Source: Chloroflexota bacterium (GTDB lineage: Bacteria; Chloroflexota; Dormibacteria; CF-121). From it: a DNA stretch of 62,509 nt. Made by a program: the position numbers and the translations under genes. Positions 60,102-62,509 of this stretch are shown piece after piece; position 1 is the first letter of the stretch, and each line of letters begins with the position of its first letter. The DNA lies in NCBI GenBank assembly GCA_005889535.1, contig VBHC01000113.1, positions 1 to 62,509 of the forward strand, in the 5' to 3' direction. A model generated the notes under the pieces. That model saw only the letters and a program-made list of their open reading frames with translations, made no database searches and was not told where the DNA came from.

Positions 60102-61400
60102 CTACGCTTGCACGAAGTACGACCGGCAGGCGAGGTCGATCAGGTCGGGTTCCAGTCGCGGAGGACGTCCCAGGAAGTAGGCGACCTCGTCTAACTGGTT
60201 GAGGATATCGCGCGGCTGGCAGCCGCGGTAAGGTCGCTTGAAGGGCTTGTAATAACGGTCCAGCACGTAGTTATAGCCGGCCTCGTTGAAGACGATCTCG
60301 AACTCCTTGCAGGCCCGCTCGAAGATCTGCCGGAATTCCACCGCGGTCGGGTCCGGGACGTGGATCTTGTAGCGGACGCGCCGCAGGAACGCCTCATCCA
60401 CCAGCGATCCCGGCTCCAGGTTGGTGCTGAACACCACCATCGCCTCGAACGGGGCCCCCACCGCCATGCCGGCGCCCGCCAGGGTCAGGTAATCGATACG
60501 CCGTTCCAGGGCCACGATCAGGCGGTTCAGCAGGGCGCGCGGCGAGGAGTCCTGCCGGCCGAAGTCGTCCAGCAGGAAGATACCGCCGTTGGCCTTCAGC
60601 TGGATTGGGGCTTCGTAGTAGCGCATCAGCGGGTCGAACGACGGGGACAGCTGGGCGGTGGTCAGCTCGCCGCCTGCCTTGACGAAGGGGCGCTTGATGA
60701 GGACCCAGCGGGCGTCGAAGTTCATCGGCAGCTGCCGTTGAACGCGCTGGTGATGGAGCGGATCGTAGAGACGCATCACCTGGCCTTCGATGTCGATCGC
60801 GTAGGGGATGTAGATGGGCTCGCCCAGCAGCTCCGCGCACGCCTCGGCGATGGTGGTCTTGCCGTTTCCGGGCGCGCCGTAAAGGAAGAGCGGTGCTCGG
60901 GCGTTGACCGGCGGCCCGAGCTGCACCAGCAGGTCGTTGCTCAGGGTCAGGTGCTGCAGGGCCCGCGTCAACCAAGCGGCGGTGACGTCCGCCTGGCTGA
61001 CCTGGGCGCGGACCGACGCCTCGTATTGCAGAAACGGAACCGGGGCCGGCCCAACATAGTGGTCGCGTGCCAGCACGTCGCGGGCTCGGAGCCGGCCGGG
61101 GTCGGTGATCAGGTAGCCGAGCGACTCGCCGAAATCGTGGCTCATCGCCGGCCCCGCCATTCGGCCGATGGTCTGGCACCAACCTTGCTCAACCAGGCTC
61201 TGAATGGCCGGCGTCACTGTCGTGTAGGGCAGGCAGAGTGCCGCCGCCCAATCCTTGGCCGACAGCGGCGACTTGAAGTAAATGTGCTTCAGCAGAAGGT
61301 CGGCGAGCCGGGCCACCGGCAGTCCACTATCTTCGGTCCGCGCCGGCGCCATAGGGAAGAATTCCGGGGTGGTGGCTTGGAGCGGTGGCTGAATGGCCAT
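60102..61400 (-). CDS. AAA+ family ATPase of unknown function with an N-terminal winged-helix-like region
   Basis: GAPGNGKT Walker A, FLLDDFGRQ Walker B, FSTNL sensor and DEAFLRR arginine finger. Confidence 0.85.
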   Translation of the reverse strand: MAIQPPLQATTPEFFPMAPARTEDSGLPVARLADLLLKHIYFKSPLSAKDWAAALCLPYTTVTPAIQSLVEQGWCQTIGRMAGPAMSHDFGESLGYLITDPGRLRARDVLARDHYVGPAPVPFLQYEASVRAQVSQADVTAAWLTRALQHLTLSNDLLVQLGPPVNARAPLFLYGAPGNGKTTIAEACAELLGEPIYIPYAIDIEGQVMRLYDPLHHQRVQRQLPMNFDARWVLIKRPFVKAGGELTTAQLSPSFDPLMRYYEAPIQLKANGGIFLLDDFGRQDSSPRALLNRLIVALERRIDYLTLAGAGMAVGAPFEAMVVFSTNLEPGSLVDEAFLRRVRYKIHVPDPTAVEFRQIFERACKEFEIVFNEAGYNYVLDRYYKPFKRPYRGCQPRDILNQLDEVAYFLGRPPRLEPDLIDLACRSYFVQA

Positions 61401-61468
61401 GGCAAGAAGTCCGCCGAGGCGGCTCTCCAGAGCAACCTGCGCCAAGCGGAGTTTCTTGCTCGGGCGGG

Positions 61469-62125
61469 TCAGGCCTCCAGCGCCGGGCGGGCCCCGAAAT
61501 AGCGTTCCACGGTGAGGCCGTGGCGCTCCAGCTCCGCCCGGGCCAGCGGTTCGAACCGCCGCAGGTACCAGTCCTCGGCCGGGTTCCTCGAGTAAGCCAG
61601 CAGGCGCTGGTACGGCAGGGTGTAGATCGCCCGTCCAGCCAGGATCTCGAGCATCTGGGGGGTGAGTTCCGGCCGGGCCAGGGCGCGCCGGAGCGTGACA
61701 TGGACACCCTGCATGTCGTAGATCAGCCGCACCCGCCGGGGCACGAAGATCAGCAGGGCGAACAGGAGGGGGATCGAAGTGACGATGATGGCGAGGATCA
61801 GCGCCAGCAGGTGGATGCCACGCGAGCCCGCCATCCCGGCGGAGATCAGGGGATCGCCCGAATGCGTCTTGAGGGCTTCGGCCGTCCGGTGCAGGAAGTC
61901 TGACAGATAGGGCACCCCGTTTGGGATCCCCTGGTTGAACGACAGGATCCAGCTGTCGAACGTCTTGCCGGCACTGATGACGCCCTGGGCGAGCGCATCG
62001 AGCTGCAGGACCAGGTTGTTGACCCAGAGTCCGGCCTGAACACACAAATAGATCCAGCCGACCATCAGGAGGTCGGCGAGCATCCAGGCAAAGCGGCGGC
62101 TGTAGAGGTCGGGGTATAGGCGCAT
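61469..62125 (-). CDS. Hypothetical membrane protein
   Basis: Two TM regions and a helical linker; upstream of the ATPase. Confidence 0.7.
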   Translation of the reverse strand: MRLYPDLYSRRFAWMLADLLMVGWIYLCVQAGLWVNNLVLQLDALAQGVISAGKTFDSWILSFNQGIPNGVPYLSDFLHRTAEALKTHSGDPLISAGMAGSRGIHLLALILAIIVTSIPLLFALLIFVPRRVRLIYDMQGVHVTLRRALARPELTPQMLEILAGRAIYTLPYQRLLAYSRNPAEDWYLRRFEPLARAELERHGLTVERYFGARPALEA

Positions 62126-62189
62126 GTGTTCACCCCTTGAGGTACTGGAGCTAAAACGTCAGCGACCGGCGCAGTCTAGCGCGGTTTGG

Positions 62190-62509
62190 CTAAAGAGCCT
62201 CGAGGAGCTCGATGACCTCACGGGTTAACTGGGTTGGCGTCGACGCCCCGGATGTGACGCCGACACGCTGCTTCCCTTGCAACCACTCGGGCTTGACGTC
62301 CTTTGCCGTGTCGACCAGGTAGGCCGGCTTGTGCGCGAGCTCGCGCACCACCTGCACCAGCCGCTTGGAGTTGGAGCTGCGCTCACTGCCCACGACAATT
62401 ACGACGTCACATTCCTTTGCCGCCTCCACCGCCGCCTCCTGTCGGTCCTGGGTGGCCCGACAGATCTCGTTGTAGGCCTCGGTTTGCGGGTACTTGTCGC
62501 GGACCCGCT
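62190..62509 (-). CDS. ispH: 4-hydroxy-3-methylbut-2-enyl diphosphate reductase (3' part, truncated by the window edge)
   Basis: ICRATQDRQ, VGSERSSNSKRL and GVTSGASTP motifs. Confidence 0.92.
   Translation of the reverse strand, partial: RVRDKYPQTEAYNEICRATQDRQEAAVEAAKECDVVIVVGSERSSNSKRLVQVVRELAHKPAYLVDTAKDVKPEWLQGKQRVGVTSGASTPTQLTREVIELLEAL

Noticed and set aside
60102-62045. 647 aa version of the ATPase
   Set aside because: The N-terminal ~215 aa overlap the 61469-62125 gene in another frame and are low-complexity; the start was placed at 61400.

Overview
GC-rich bacterial chromosomal window. It mixes actinobacterial-like genes (BldD, CtaF, UPF0182) with Chloroflexi-like genes (split cytochrome b6/subunit IV, A2-type oxidase). 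A Ca. Dormibacterota/Chloroflexi-related soil lineage is my inference and is not verified. Most of the window is housekeeping: xseAB, a thiolase, birA, a Rieske/cyt b plus heme-copper oxidase supercluster, GH15, hsp20, fabH-accDA, pncBA, a class A PBP, eno, tldD/pmbA, ccsA, ligD, pyrE and a partial ispH. The best candidate for an undescribed system is two paralogous XRE-HTH/TPR regulators (4489-5850 and 38508-39800). Each sits beside a tiny signal-peptide ORF that the ORF track missed: 4361-4447 (MRRFLNPWVLIVIAAAVLSCA|EVWPNPL) and 38301-38381 (MYRMFAIIATVVAAVLAVA|DSLPGPR). Both predict 7-mers of the form [DE]-x-x-P-x-P-x, which resembles RRNPP-type peptide quorum sensing outside Bacillota. One locus is followed by a BldD homolog with an intact c-di-GMP motif, and the other by an HD-GYP phosphodiesterase. 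A second novelty is at the left end, where four copies of a 27-29 bp tRNA-3'-end-like att repeat separate single-gene cassettes next to tRNA-Arg(CCG). All calls come from reading the sequence by eye; no database searches were run.
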